DNA from: Candidatus Poribacteria bacterium
GTDB taxonomy: Bacteria > Poribacteria > WGA-4E > WGA-3G
NCBI GenBank assembly: GCA_965214095.1
Contig: OZ243938.1
Location: 3,232,001-3,296,000 of the forward strand
DNA: 64,000 nt
Reading direction: 5' to 3'
Part shown: positions 40,630 through 50,612 of the stretch, in pieces
Layout: every line of letters begins with the position of its first letter
Position numbering within the stretch: position 1 is the first letter of the stretch
Position numbers and translations under genes: made by a program
The notes under the pieces: model-generated
What the model saw: only the letters and a program-made list of their open reading frames with translations
What the model was told of the DNA's origin: nothing
Databases searched by the model: none

Positions 40630-43629
40630 ATGAATAACGACGATGTTGCACTTATCAGACAAATTCTTGATGGTGACGAAATCGCTTTCGCTGAACTTGT
40701 GAAAAAGTATCAAAAACAGGTTCACGTGTTAGCATGGCGAAAGATTGGTGACTTTCATATCGCTGAGGACATTACCCAAGACACCTTCCTGAAAGTGTAT
40801 CAGAGACTACATACCTTGAAAGATCCAAACCTATTTTCTGGGTGGCTCTATGTAATTACGACACGTTTATGTGCTACATGGCTACGGAGAAATAGAATTC
40901 AAACGCAACCTTTGGAGGATGTAGAGGAAAGCATGATACAGAGAGATGCATATTCACAACATGTCGCTGATGAACGCGCTAAAACAACCTCTCAGACACA
41001 ACGGGAAGTAGTCAAGAGACTTCTCGCGAAATTGAAAGAGAGTGAACGTACGGTGATGACGCTCTACTACCTCGGTGAAATGACAGTTGAAGAGATTAGC
41101 AAGTTCTTAGGTGTTTCTGCAGGAACGATAAAAAGCCGGCTTCAACGAGCACGTAACCGTTTACAAAAGGAAGAAACAATGATTAGAGAAGCACTCGACC
41201 ATTTCAAACTCTCACCGAACTTAACTGAAAACATCATGCAAGAAGTTTCGCGCCTCAGACCTACACCTTCCACCAGCAAACCTATAGTGCCGTGGGCAGT
41301 AGCTGCTGCAAGTGCAGTCTTAATTGTATTGATGCTTGGCATAGGCAGTCAACAATTACTCCGTTTTCAAAAACCTTTTTCATTAGATGCACAGGCAGAG
41401 ATGACAGTTGAACTTGTTGACACACCAATTGTGCTAAATATAGACACAAACCCAGATGTCCAAAATCGATTGGGCAATACAAATCCGTTGGGTATAAGTG
41501 AGAATGAAGGTCAGAATCCAGATGACATCTTGTGGGCAGTCGCGCAGGGGGAAGGAAAAGATGTTTCTGCTCCTAAACAACAGTGGATCCTGTCCGAACC
41601 TATCTATGGAAGCATAGTACAAGGTTTATGTGCTACCGAAGAAGAACTTTACGCTGTTAATTTTGCACACATATACAAATGGCAAGACGATAGCACGGGA
41701 TGGCAACAAGTTAGTGGTAACATCAGCGAAGTCAATGGTAAACAGATTGAAATCAATAGTGCAAGTAAAGTTCCGATAGCAAAGTTAGACAATACTCTTT
41801 ATATTGTTTTAGAAAATTTATTCTTAGCTTCAGAAGATGATGGGAAGAACTGGAAGATTGTTCATTCATGGACAGATGATTATCGTCTGCCTAACAAATT
41901 AGTGCTTACAGATCAAGAGTTTTGTGTCCAATTTAACAATGCCGTTTTCCGTTCAGAGGATAGAGGCATGACATGGAAGAATGTGAACGTTGATATATTT
42001 CAAGGTTCCAACTTTCTTATAGCAATACAGAACTCAGTATATGCTGGATCAAACACTGGCTTGTATCGCTGGAATACCGACAGATGGCAACGTATAAAAC
42101 TACCCATACCTGAAGCAATATTGGTCACTGATGCAGCAGCTACCAAAGATCGACTGTACGTAATGGCATCATTAGGTACTGACTTTTTTGATGATAAAGC
42201 AGCACGGAAGGGACAACAGCGGACTTGGTGGATATTCAGATCAACAGACCTCGGAAATTCATGGAAAGATATTACACCGACAAATGCCTGGCCCGTAAAG
42301 GGGGTACCACCCGATATCAATATGGTTGCTGCTGGTGAAACTATTCTGTTAATGGGACAAGGTCTGGTGCGTTCTACCGATGCAGGCGATACTTGGATGC
42401 CACTACAAGCCTCTACCACCTTCCCTATGAAAGTTTCCTCTGATAATACTCCTGTAGCAGTAAATGAAGGCACTTTTTTTGCTTCAAGGGGAGGTTTACA
42501 CCGGTCCACTGATGCTGGTCAATCATGGGAAAAAGTAAGAATCGCTCAGGATAAGATGAGATATGTTATAGAAAACCTAATCAAATTCAATAAGAACAGA
42601 AAAAGTCAAAACAGGCTACCTACTCTCTACGGGATAGATGTGGCAAGGCTTGTAAAAACAACTGACCAAGGTAAGTCTTGGAACGTTGTTCAGGTTGAAA
42701 TGCCTATGACGATACCTGTAAGAGAAGACCAACCATGGATTAATCAACTAACTACAACTGGTGATGTAATCTATGCAAGAGGCCACAGTGATTACCCTAT
42801 CGGAGAATTGCAATACTATCGTGTATCCGAAGATGGGAACACATTAGTTCCTATTCAAGGAATTCCTACCTTTGACTCAAGGAGATTAAGAGACCATCTA
42901 CATGAATCAAAAGATCTCTCTATAGAAACGCTGCAGGAAGAGTTTTCTGGAGCAACTCAATTCTTCAATGCGTTGCTTATATCAGATCCTCAACAACAGG
43001 ATATACTCATACAATCAGGACTTAACGGAACTTTTGCTGTCAGTAATGATATCATCTATATGGAGTACAACTTTAAACTCTTTCGGTGGGAACCAGGAGA
43101 TACAGAATGGCACGACATAAGGCAAGAAGAAACCTCAATCATCGCATGGCAAAATCTCCAACTCGCTGTCTCAGGAGATACAGTCTACGTCGGAAAACGT
43201 GATGGTCACCTTGTCGTATCGTTTGATAGGGGAGATCGCTGGATTGATCTTACACCAGCCCTGCCATTTACTGTTACAACTTTCAAAGAGATTGTGGTTG
43301 CTGGATCCACCGTGTATGTTGCAACGGACGCAGGCCTCATTAAATCTGATGATGGCAAAAATTGGCATATCCTTACTGATTCAAAGGGAACAAATCTCAT
43401 CATGGAACAGTTAGCAGTTGATGGCACAACGCTTTACGGTATTACCCAACAAACAGATCTATATATTTTGGAAAGTGATACTGACACTTGGAAACAGATC
43501 ATCACGGATATTCCGGAAGGTGCAATAATGGATGTAACGGCTAACGGAACATCTCTTATTGTTGCTGGCAGCAATTTATACTTGGGTACAGTATTTGAAG
43601 GTATACTGCATTTAACTCTTGAAGAATAA
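40630..43629 (+). CDS. ECF sigma factor - TM - Asp-box/BNR beta-propeller fusion
   Basis: sigma domain near-identical to 13731 gene; propeller of the 20667/23813 type. Confidence 0.92.
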   Translation: MNNDDVALIRQILDGDEIAFAELVKKYQKQVHVLAWRKIGDFHIAEDITQDTFLKVYQRLHTLKDPNLFSGWLYVITTRLCATWLRRNRIQTQPLEDVEESMIQRDAYSQHVADERAKTTSQTQREVVKRLLAKLKESERTVMTLYYLGEMTVEEISKFLGVSAGTIKSRLQRARNRLQKEETMIREALDHFKLSPNLTENIMQEVSRLRPTPSTSKPIVPWAVAAASAVLIVLMLGIGSQQLLRFQKPFSLDAQAEMTVELVDTPIVLNIDTNPDVQNRLGNTNPLGISENEGQNPDDILWAVAQGEGKDVSAPKQQWILSEPIYGSIVQGLCATEEELYAVNFAHIYKWQDDSTGWQQVSGNISEVNGKQIEINSASKVPIAKLDNTLYIVLENLFLASEDDGKNWKIVHSWTDDYRLPNKLVLTDQEFCVQFNNAVFRSEDRGMTWKNVNVDIFQGSNFLIAIQNSVYAGSNTGLYRWNTDRWQRIKLPIPEAILVTDAAATKDRLYVMASLGTDFFDDKAARKGQQRTWWIFRSTDLGNSWKDITPTNAWPVKGVPPDINMVAAGETILLMGQGLVRSTDAGDTWMPLQASTTFPMKVSSDNTPVAVNEGTFFASRGGLHRSTDAGQSWEKVRIAQDKMRYVIENLIKFNKNRKSQNRLPTLYGIDVARLVKTTDQGKSWNVVQVEMPMTIPVREDQPWINQLTTTGDVIYARGHSDYPIGELQYYRVSEDGNTLVPIQGIPTFDSRRLRDHLHESKDLSIETLQEEFSGATQFFNALLISDPQQQDILIQSGLNGTFAVSNDIIYMEYNFKLFRWEPGDTEWHDIRQEETSIIAWQNLQLAVSGDTVYVGKRDGHLVVSFDRGDRWIDLTPALPFTVTTFKEIVVAGSTVYVATDAGLIKSDDGKNWHILTDSKGTNLIMEQLAVDGTTLYGITQQTDLYILESDTDTWKQIITDIPEGAIMDVTANGTSLIVAGSNLYLGTVFEGILHLTLEE

Positions 43630-43704
43630 CGAATCTTTCATGACGGCACAGCCTGATGTCCTTTTCCTGTTTTTCCTCAAATATTTCTTTCTTTTGCAGA
43701 ATTT

Positions 43705-43733
43705 GGCAACCATTTTGCATCTATCTTGCGTCA
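43705..43733 (+). promoter_or_regulatory. ECF-type promoter
   Basis: GGCAACC-N17-CGTCA. Confidence 0.65.
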
Positions 43734-43774
43734 CTATAGGTTGATATATCAAAAACCCTCATATATTAGACAGG

Positions 43775-46700
43775 ATGTATCTGATGAACAACGATGATGT
43801 AACCCTTATTCAACGCATTCTCGCTGATGATGAAGCTGCTTTTGCAGAGCTTGTGAAGAAATATCAGAAAGCGGTGCATACTCTTGCTTGGCGAAAGATT
43901 GACGATTTTCACATTGCAGAGGACATCACACAAGATGCCTTCCTGAAAGTGTATCAGAGACTCCATACACTAAAAGATCCGAAGCAGTTCTCTGGATGGC
44001 TCTATGTGATTACTTCAAACTTATGTGCCACATGGCTTCGCAAAAAACGGTTACGGACACAACCTATAGAGGACGAAGAGGCAGTTATGACTCCAAGAGA
44101 TGTATATTCTCAGCATGTCGTAGAAGAACGGAACCAGGCGGCTGCTGAAACACAACGTGAAGTGGTCAAGAAACTGCTGGCGAGGTTAAAAGAGAGTGAA
44201 CGGACAGTGATGTCACTTTATTATCTTGGAGAGATGAGGGTTGAAGAGATAAGCAGATTTCTGGGGGTATCCACAAGCACAATCAAAAGCCGTCTTAGAC
44301 GTGCACGGAACCGTTTACAGAAGGAGGAAACGATGATTAGAGAAGCCCTTGAACATTTCAAACTTTCACCGAACTTCACCGAAAATATCATGCAAGAAAT
44401 ATCACATCTCAAACCTACACCTTCCACCAGCAAACCCCTCGTACCGTGGACAGTTGCTGCTTCAAGTGCAATCCTAATAGTGTTGATGCTTGGCATAGGC
44501 AGTCAGAATTTAGTTCGTTTTCAGAAACCTTATTCATTAGATGCACAAGCAGAGATGACGGTTGAACTTGTTGACACACCAATTGTGCTAAATATAGACG
44601 CGAAGCCAGATGTTAGAAATCAATTGGGCAGTATAAATCCTGCTGGTGATAGTGAAAATGAAGGTCAGAAACCAGATGAAGTCCTGTTAGCTGCCGCAGA
44701 AACCGAGGATGAGAACAAGGTATCCGTTCCCAAACAGCGGTGGATTCAGTCTGAACCTGTCAAAGGAAGTGATGTAGATGCTTTATCTGTAACATCTAAT
44801 GGTGAACTATACTCAGTTGCTAACAGGCATATTTACAAAATTGAATCCGATGGGGAAGCGTGGCAACAGATCGCAAATATTGATACACTGGATGTTAAGT
44901 ATGGGAGTTCTGCTTTTATCAAAGAGTGGGACAATATGCTCTATCTGTTATTAGATTCTACAATACTTACTTCAAAAGATGACGGTAAGACATGGGAGTT
45001 AGTTAACACACTGCTAACAGATTCTACATTTGCTCTTGATTTCATACTAACTAACCAAGCTTTTTATATCATTTTTTCTAATTACACTGCTTTTCGGTCT
45101 GAAGATAAGGGTGTAACATGGGAGGCAATGAACGTCGATTTTCCGCAGAACCCCAACTCTATAGTAGTGATTCAAGACACAATGTTTACTGGTACATTTA
45201 ATGGACTCTACCGATTAAAGGAAGACAACTGGGTACCAATGAAACTCCCTGGATCTGTTAGTGCAATTCTCTCAGTTGCTGGATCTGATGGGAAGATTTA
45301 TGTTGCGGCAGAGTTTAGCAAGGACGTGACTAGTTCTCAAAAAGTTCGTCAGGGGTTGGCACGGGGCTGGTGGATATTTCGCTCAACAGATCTCGGTGAT
45401 TCATGGGACGATATAACGCCGAAAAACGCATGGCCTGTAATGGGGTTGCCACCTAAAATCAAACTCGTTGCTGTCGGTGAAACACTCTTAGCAATGGAAC
45501 AGGGAATGGTTCGATCGACCGATGCAGGAAACACATGGCAGCCAAGACAACTACCTGGCACCTCACCTTCAATGGATAATAGACTCAGTTATGTTGCTAC
45601 GGTGAACGACAGATCCATTTATGTTGGCAGCAAAAAGGACGGCCTTTACCGCTCCACTGATGGCGGTATATCCTGGGACCCAGTAAATATTAATGGACGA
45701 AACTGGAAAATAATAACAAATTTAATTACGGTTGAAGGAAACAATAAAACACCAAATATGCCGTCCATGTTGTATGCAGAATTCGCAGGAGATATTGTAA
45801 AAACTACTGACAAGGGCAAATCTTGGAGAAGAATCCGGATGGGAATACCTATGACAGCTCCTGTTAGAGAAGTTCCGCCGTATTTTAGTCGGCTAGGTGA
45901 ATTCGGTGGTACCCTCTATGCCAAAACAGATGGTTGGCGCAGCTTTAGAAGCGAATATAAAACAGGTTTATATCGCATCTCTGAAGATGGAAACTCAGTC
46001 ATGTCTATACAAGGCATGCCTACCTTTAACTCAAGCATGTTGAAACATCTATGGAAGAACGGAAGAAGGGGATCTTTAGATGTGTCAGATAAGTCATTCA
46101 TTGAACAGTTGAATGAGAATTTCGTTGGGGCAGACCAGTTCTTTAAAACGTTGGCACAGGAGAAAACCCTAACGCAAAACGAACTTGATCAGGAACAACT
46201 ATATGAGGATCAGGAACGACTCATACTGGAAGGTTTATTAGACGGTGCTTTTGCTGTCAGCGGCGACACGTTTTACTTTGAATACAACTTTAAACTCTTC
46301 CGATGGAAGTCAGGTGAAACAACGTGGTACGACACGGGTGTACAGGAGACGGGTGAACTCCGTTATTTTGAAGCTGCAAAGGCATTTGAAAGAGAGGGAC
46401 TCTCAAATGAAAAGATTGGCGAAATTATTAGGGCTTGGCAATTCGGGTTCAAACTTGCCGTTTCAGGTAACACTGTCTATGTCGGCAAACGGGATGGCAC
46501 CCTCTTACAATCATTTGATGCAGGAACTAATTGGGTTGATCTCACGCCTGTACTACCATTCCCAGTAAAAGCATTCAAAGATATCGTGATTGTTAATGAT
46601 ACAGTGTATGTAGCAACAGATGCAGGTGTCACCACATCAGATCGTGGAAATAATTGGGGTGTTATTACCGATTCAGAAGGCACAAATCTCAATATGGACA

Positions 46701-46891
46701 TACTGACTGCTGATGGCACAAAACTCTATGGCGTTACCAAAGATACTGGCATTTATCGTTTGGAAAATGATGCATGGTATCAGATTGTTTCAGAGATTCC
46801 AGATAACATAAATTCTCTCGCTGTTGATGGGAATACCTTATTCGTGGGAACACAAGACCGCGGTATGCTTCATTTCACTCTTGAAGAATAA
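43775..46891 (+). CDS. ECF sigma factor - TM - Asp-box/BNR beta-propeller fusion (start may be ATG 43784)
   Basis: Same architecture; sigma4 GVSTSTIKSRLRRAR. Confidence 0.92.
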   Translation: MYLMNNDDVTLIQRILADDEAAFAELVKKYQKAVHTLAWRKIDDFHIAEDITQDAFLKVYQRLHTLKDPKQFSGWLYVITSNLCATWLRKKRLRTQPIEDEEAVMTPRDVYSQHVVEERNQAAAETQREVVKKLLARLKESERTVMSLYYLGEMRVEEISRFLGVSTSTIKSRLRRARNRLQKEETMIREALEHFKLSPNFTENIMQEISHLKPTPSTSKPLVPWTVAASSAILIVLMLGIGSQNLVRFQKPYSLDAQAEMTVELVDTPIVLNIDAKPDVRNQLGSINPAGDSENEGQKPDEVLLAAAETEDENKVSVPKQRWIQSEPVKGSDVDALSVTSNGELYSVANRHIYKIESDGEAWQQIANIDTLDVKYGSSAFIKEWDNMLYLLLDSTILTSKDDGKTWELVNTLLTDSTFALDFILTNQAFYIIFSNYTAFRSEDKGVTWEAMNVDFPQNPNSIVVIQDTMFTGTFNGLYRLKEDNWVPMKLPGSVSAILSVAGSDGKIYVAAEFSKDVTSSQKVRQGLARGWWIFRSTDLGDSWDDITPKNAWPVMGLPPKIKLVAVGETLLAMEQGMVRSTDAGNTWQPRQLPGTSPSMDNRLSYVATVNDRSIYVGSKKDGLYRSTDGGISWDPVNINGRNWKIITNLITVEGNNKTPNMPSMLYAEFAGDIVKTTDKGKSWRRIRMGIPMTAPVREVPPYFSRLGEFGGTLYAKTDGWRSFRSEYKTGLYRISEDGNSVMSIQGMPTFNSSMLKHLWKNGRRGSLDVSDKSFIEQLNENFVGADQFFKTLAQEKTLTQNELDQEQLYEDQERLILEGLLDGAFAVSGDTFYFEYNFKLFRWKSGETTWYDTGVQETGELRYFEAAKAFEREGLSNEKIGEIIRAWQFGFKLAVSGNTVYVGKRDGTLLQSFDAGTNWVDLTPVLPFPVKAFKDIVIVNDTVYVATDAGVTTSDRGNNWGVITDSEGTNLNMDILTADGTKLYGVTKDTGIYRLENDAWYQIVSEIPDNINSLAVDGNTLFVGTQDRGMLHFTLEE

Positions 46892-46989
46892 TATACCATA
46901 AGTGAGCGGTACCGAATGCCTCTACTCCATCCAATTATTTTAAATATCCTCACTAAACGTCGTATCCTCTGACAACATAGAACTTATAT

Positions 46990-47087
46990 GAATATGAAAA
47001 GAGAGGATAATGGTATAATATCTGAACATTATACTCTCTTTTCATATTCTTTAAAAACTTGAGACTTTTTCTCCGCAAGTCGCGTCA
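46990..47087 (+). promoter_or_regulatory. 23-bp inverted repeat enclosing TATAAT, followed by ECF-type promoter
   Basis: Arms 46990-47012/47027-47049 (22/23); TTGAGAC-N17-CGTCA at 47059-47087. Confidence 0.6.
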
Positions 47088-47133
47088 CTATACGTCAATG
47101 TGAACGATTAAGTCCCTTTGTTAGAGGTATCTA

Positions 47134-47440
47134 GTCATAGTACCCAAACCTAAAGGGTTGGGCTTGTGCTTCATAGACGTTGCGTTTCACCAAAAGGATC
47201 ATCCGTCTTATTTCGTCTCCACAGTGGGTTCTAAGCAACCTCACTTGCTCTAAAAGAGCAACTTATTATTTGAGAGTGTGTTTTTCGGACTGGGTTTTTT
47301 ACCTCCCATGTCCCTACCACTCAATTGTTATGTGTCTATGGTAGTGAGAGCGTATATGTTTTTCAGTTTTATGCTCCGCAACATATAGCACCAAAGACTG
47401 CGGACAACCTCACACACGACTGCGTGTGATTGAACTTTCC
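47134..47440 (-). ncRNA. Putative TnpB omegaRNA-like RNA (scaffold at the 3' end, guide from flanking DNA)
   Basis: Minus strand CTGTGGAGAC..TAAGAC..GCAACGTCTATGAAGCACAAGCCCAACCCTTTAGGTTTGGGTACTATGAC resembles tnpB right ends; downstream of an internal promoter; no tnpB ORF. Confidence 0.55.
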
Positions 47441-47446
47441 GAATAT

Positions 47447-47475
47447 ATTTTAGCAAGTTTGACATTTATTGTCAA
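47447..47475 (-). promoter_or_regulatory. sigma70-type promoter inside the mini-element
   Basis: Minus strand TTGACA-N17-TAAAAT with TG extension. Confidence 0.65.
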
Positions 47476-47539
47476 GAAAAACATAGGAGCGGGCAGGAGA
47501 CCCAAACCTAAAGGATTGGGTCTCCTGCCCGAAGATTAG

Positions 47540-50530
47540 ATGAAAAATGCTGATGTTGAACTCATCCAACGTGTCCTTGATGGCGATGATACTGCGTTCT
47601 CAGAGCTTGTGAGAAATTATAAGAAGTCAGTCCATGCGCTTGCATGGCGAAAAGTTCAAGACTTCCACATCGCAGAGGACATCACACAGGAAACATTTCT
47701 GAAGGCATATCAGAAGTTGTCAACTTTGAATGAATCACAGTCATTTGCAAGTTGGCTCTATGTGATAGCGGCGAATGAATGTAAGGCATGGCTTCGTCGG
47801 AAACGTATACGGACACAGTCTTTGGAAGATATCAATGATGCAGAGTTGGAACAAGCGACCTATTCCAACTATGTCATTAATGAAAAAGAACGGACATCAG
47901 TAGAAGCGCAGCGCGAAGTTGTCAAGAAGTTGCTTGCGAAGCTGCAGGAGAGTGACCGTACGGTCATAACGCTCTATTACCTCGGGGGAATGACGTATGA
48001 AGAAATCAGCAGATTCTTAGGTGTATCGGTCAGTGCGATCAAGAACCGCCTCTACCGAGCGCGCCAGTTTCTAAAAAAGGAGGAACCCATGATAAGAGAA
48101 GTTTTAGAGAATTACCAAATCACACCCAATTTCACTGAGAACATCATGCAAGAAATATCACGTCTCAAACCTACACCTTCCACCAGCAAACCGCTTGTGC
48201 CGTGGGCAATTGCTGCTACAAGTACAATCTTAATTATGTTGATGCTTGGCATAGGCAGCCAACAATTAGTGCGTTTTCAGCAACCTTTTACATTAGATGC
48301 GCAAGCAGATATGACGGTTGAACTTGTTGACACACCAATTGTGCTGAATCTGGATTCTGTGCCAGATGTTAGAAATAGACTGGGCAGTATAAATCCTGCT
48401 GGTGATAGTGAAAATGAAGGTCAGAAACCAGATGAAGTCCTGTTAGCTGCCGCAGAAACCGAGGATGAGGACAAGGTATCCACACCTAAACAGCAGTGGA
48501 TTCAGTCTGAACCTATTAAAGGTAGTCAAGTATATAGTCTAAAAGGCACCACGCAAGGTGATCTGTATGTTCTTGTGAGTAATAGAGGAACTCCAAACAT
48601 CCTCAAGTTAACATCGGATGGAAATACTTGGCAATCTATAGATGGTTACCCGTCAGGTACAGTTTGGGGATTTAACGCAGCTATGGTAGAGTGGAATAAT
48701 ACTTTTTACATTATACCATCTAACGAGCTCTTTGCATCAGAAGATGAAGGAAAGACTTGGAATTCACTTTACACGTGGTCTAAAGACCACAATGTGATTG
48801 ATCTTCTACCCATGGATAATGCATTCTACGCTGCATTTCAAGAAGGTATTTATAAGTCTGATGATTTAGGAAAGACGTGGAAAGCAATACAAGATGAGCA
48901 AATCAAGTATATCGAATCTCTAGTAAGAATCCAAAACACATTGTTTGTTGAAACATCCACCAAACTTTACCGATTGGATGACGATGGTTTGAACTCATTG
49001 GAATTTCCAGTACCTGTTAGGAGCATTATTTCAGTTGCAGGAACTGATGGAAAGCTTTATGTTGAAGTAACGTCTAATTCAGATCGTAGTTGGTGGATAT
49101 TCCGTTCAACTGATCTTGGGGATTCGTGGATAGATATAACACCGACAAACGCTTGGTCTATAGAAGGACAACCACCTTATTGCAAATTGATTGCATCTGA
49201 AGAAACCCTGTTGGTAATGGAACAGGGAATGGTTCGCTCAACTGATGGAGGGAATACATGGCTGCCTCCACAGTTACCAGGAACCACTCCTTCAATGAGT
49301 AGTTCATATAATGCAGTTGCTGTAAATCAAGACACCTTTTATGTTGGAAGTAGTGATGGCTTACATCATTCAACTAATAAGGGAAAATCGTGGGATTTAG
49401 TGAGAGTCGCTCCAGATATGAGAAGACGTGTAATGTTTAATCTAATCGCAACCAAAAATAGTGTCGATAGTCTAAACTTGATGCCGACACTCTATGGGAT
49501 AGTTGAAGTCGGAGAGATAACAAAAACTAATGATGATGGCAAGTCATGGGAGACTGTTCGTGTTGATACACCTATGTCAACATCAAACAGAGGAAACGTA
49601 CCAACAATAACCCAGATTGTTAAATCAGGCGATGATGTCTACGTTAAAGGAGGATCTCTTGGTGAGGGAAAGGTAGGTCATTACATAGTATCTGACAACG
49701 GGAACACTTTAGTCCCAATTCAGGACATGCCAACTTTCAGTTCAACTGAATTAAGGATGCGTCTATTTACTTCTAAAGATCTTACGATAGGAGAGTTGCA
49801 AGAAGATTTCTCTGGTGCAAAAAATTTCTTCCAACAGATGCTTAATTCAGCACCTCAACAACTAATTAAGCTTGAAGAACTTGGACTTCGTGGCCCTTTT
49901 ACTGTCAGTGGTGACACATTCTATACGGAATACAACCTTAAACTCTTTAGATGGAATCCTGGAGATACAGAATGGTATGACACTGGTCAAGAAGACATTG
50001 GTGACTTTCCCTTGGATGAATTGTTCATAAGCACATTTAAGTCACACTTCATTGTTCCCAAACTTGCAGCTTATGACAACACAGTTTACTACGGAAAGCG
50101 GAATGGACAATTGGTAGTATCGTTTGATAAAGGTAATAATTGGGTTGATCTCACTCCAGGTCTACCCTATAAGGTAAAAACATATAATAGTATCGTGTTT
50201 GTGGGTTCCACAGTATATGTGGCAACAAATGCAGGTATCATTACATCAGATGATGGGAGAACGTGGAAAACTGTCACTGATTCTGGTAGATCTAATATCA
50301 TCATGGCGCATTTAGCTGTGGACGGTACAACACTCTATGGCATTACTAACACAACGAGTATCTACCGTTTAAATAGTGAAAGTGGTGCTTGGGAACAGGT
50401 TGTCACTAAGATACCAGAAATTAAAAATCTCAAAATAAGGGATTTCGTTACATCTTTCGCGGTTGCTGGAAGGACGTTGTATGTAAGTACTGAAGTAAAC
50501 GGAATGTTCCATTTTAACCTTGATGAATAA
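47540..50530 (+). CDS. ECF sigma factor - TM - Asp-box/BNR beta-propeller fusion (RBS displaced by insertion)
   Basis: Intact 996-aa ORF; sigma4 GVSVSAIKNRLYRAR. Confidence 0.9.
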   Translation: MKNADVELIQRVLDGDDTAFSELVRNYKKSVHALAWRKVQDFHIAEDITQETFLKAYQKLSTLNESQSFASWLYVIAANECKAWLRRKRIRTQSLEDINDAELEQATYSNYVINEKERTSVEAQREVVKKLLAKLQESDRTVITLYYLGGMTYEEISRFLGVSVSAIKNRLYRARQFLKKEEPMIREVLENYQITPNFTENIMQEISRLKPTPSTSKPLVPWAIAATSTILIMLMLGIGSQQLVRFQQPFTLDAQADMTVELVDTPIVLNLDSVPDVRNRLGSINPAGDSENEGQKPDEVLLAAAETEDEDKVSTPKQQWIQSEPIKGSQVYSLKGTTQGDLYVLVSNRGTPNILKLTSDGNTWQSIDGYPSGTVWGFNAAMVEWNNTFYIIPSNELFASEDEGKTWNSLYTWSKDHNVIDLLPMDNAFYAAFQEGIYKSDDLGKTWKAIQDEQIKYIESLVRIQNTLFVETSTKLYRLDDDGLNSLEFPVPVRSIISVAGTDGKLYVEVTSNSDRSWWIFRSTDLGDSWIDITPTNAWSIEGQPPYCKLIASEETLLVMEQGMVRSTDGGNTWLPPQLPGTTPSMSSSYNAVAVNQDTFYVGSSDGLHHSTNKGKSWDLVRVAPDMRRRVMFNLIATKNSVDSLNLMPTLYGIVEVGEITKTNDDGKSWETVRVDTPMSTSNRGNVPTITQIVKSGDDVYVKGGSLGEGKVGHYIVSDNGNTLVPIQDMPTFSSTELRMRLFTSKDLTIGELQEDFSGAKNFFQQMLNSAPQQLIKLEELGLRGPFTVSGDTFYTEYNLKLFRWNPGDTEWYDTGQEDIGDFPLDELFISTFKSHFIVPKLAAYDNTVYYGKRNGQLVVSFDKGNNWVDLTPGLPYKVKTYNSIVFVGSTVYVATNAGIITSDDGRTWKTVTDSGRSNIIMAHLAVDGTTLYGITNTTSIYRLNSESGAWEQVVTKIPEIKNLKIRDFVTSFAVAGRTLYVSTEVNGMFHFNLDE

Positions 50531-50541
50531 AACCATTTTCT

Positions 50542-50562
50542 GGACGGTGTCAAACACCGTCC
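50542..50562 (+). terminator. Hairpin after gene, possible terminator
   Basis: GGACGGTGT-CAA-ACACCGTCC; weak U-tract; degenerate copy at ~37268. Confidence 0.4.
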
Positions 50563-50612
50563 TTCTCATCTCCATCATCCCTTACCTCCAAATTTCTCTT
50601 TATGCAGAATTA

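Larger units (their letters stand above)
47134..47539 (-). mobile_element. Non-autonomous IS200/IS605-family mini-element (406 bp)
   Basis: Subterminal hairpins CCCAAACCTAAAGG(G/A)TTGGG at 47143-47162 and 47501-47520; no TSD needed; minus-strand TTCAT 5' of the left end, right end ...TGAC; removal restores AGAGG-N6-ATG as in paralogs. Confidence 0.8.

Noticed and set aside
7419-44496. Recurrent antisense ORFs (e.g. 10765..11040, 14168..14443, 17543..17818, 44221..44496) and other short shadow ORFs
   Set aside because: Their recurrence is explained by paralogy of the sense genes; no independent coding signal.
47134-47539. IStron (group I intron) or IscB/HEARO element
   Set aside because: The element is antisense to the gene and outside the CDS, no group I core was recognised, and minus-strand motifs fit a tnpB right end better; a covariance search is still needed.
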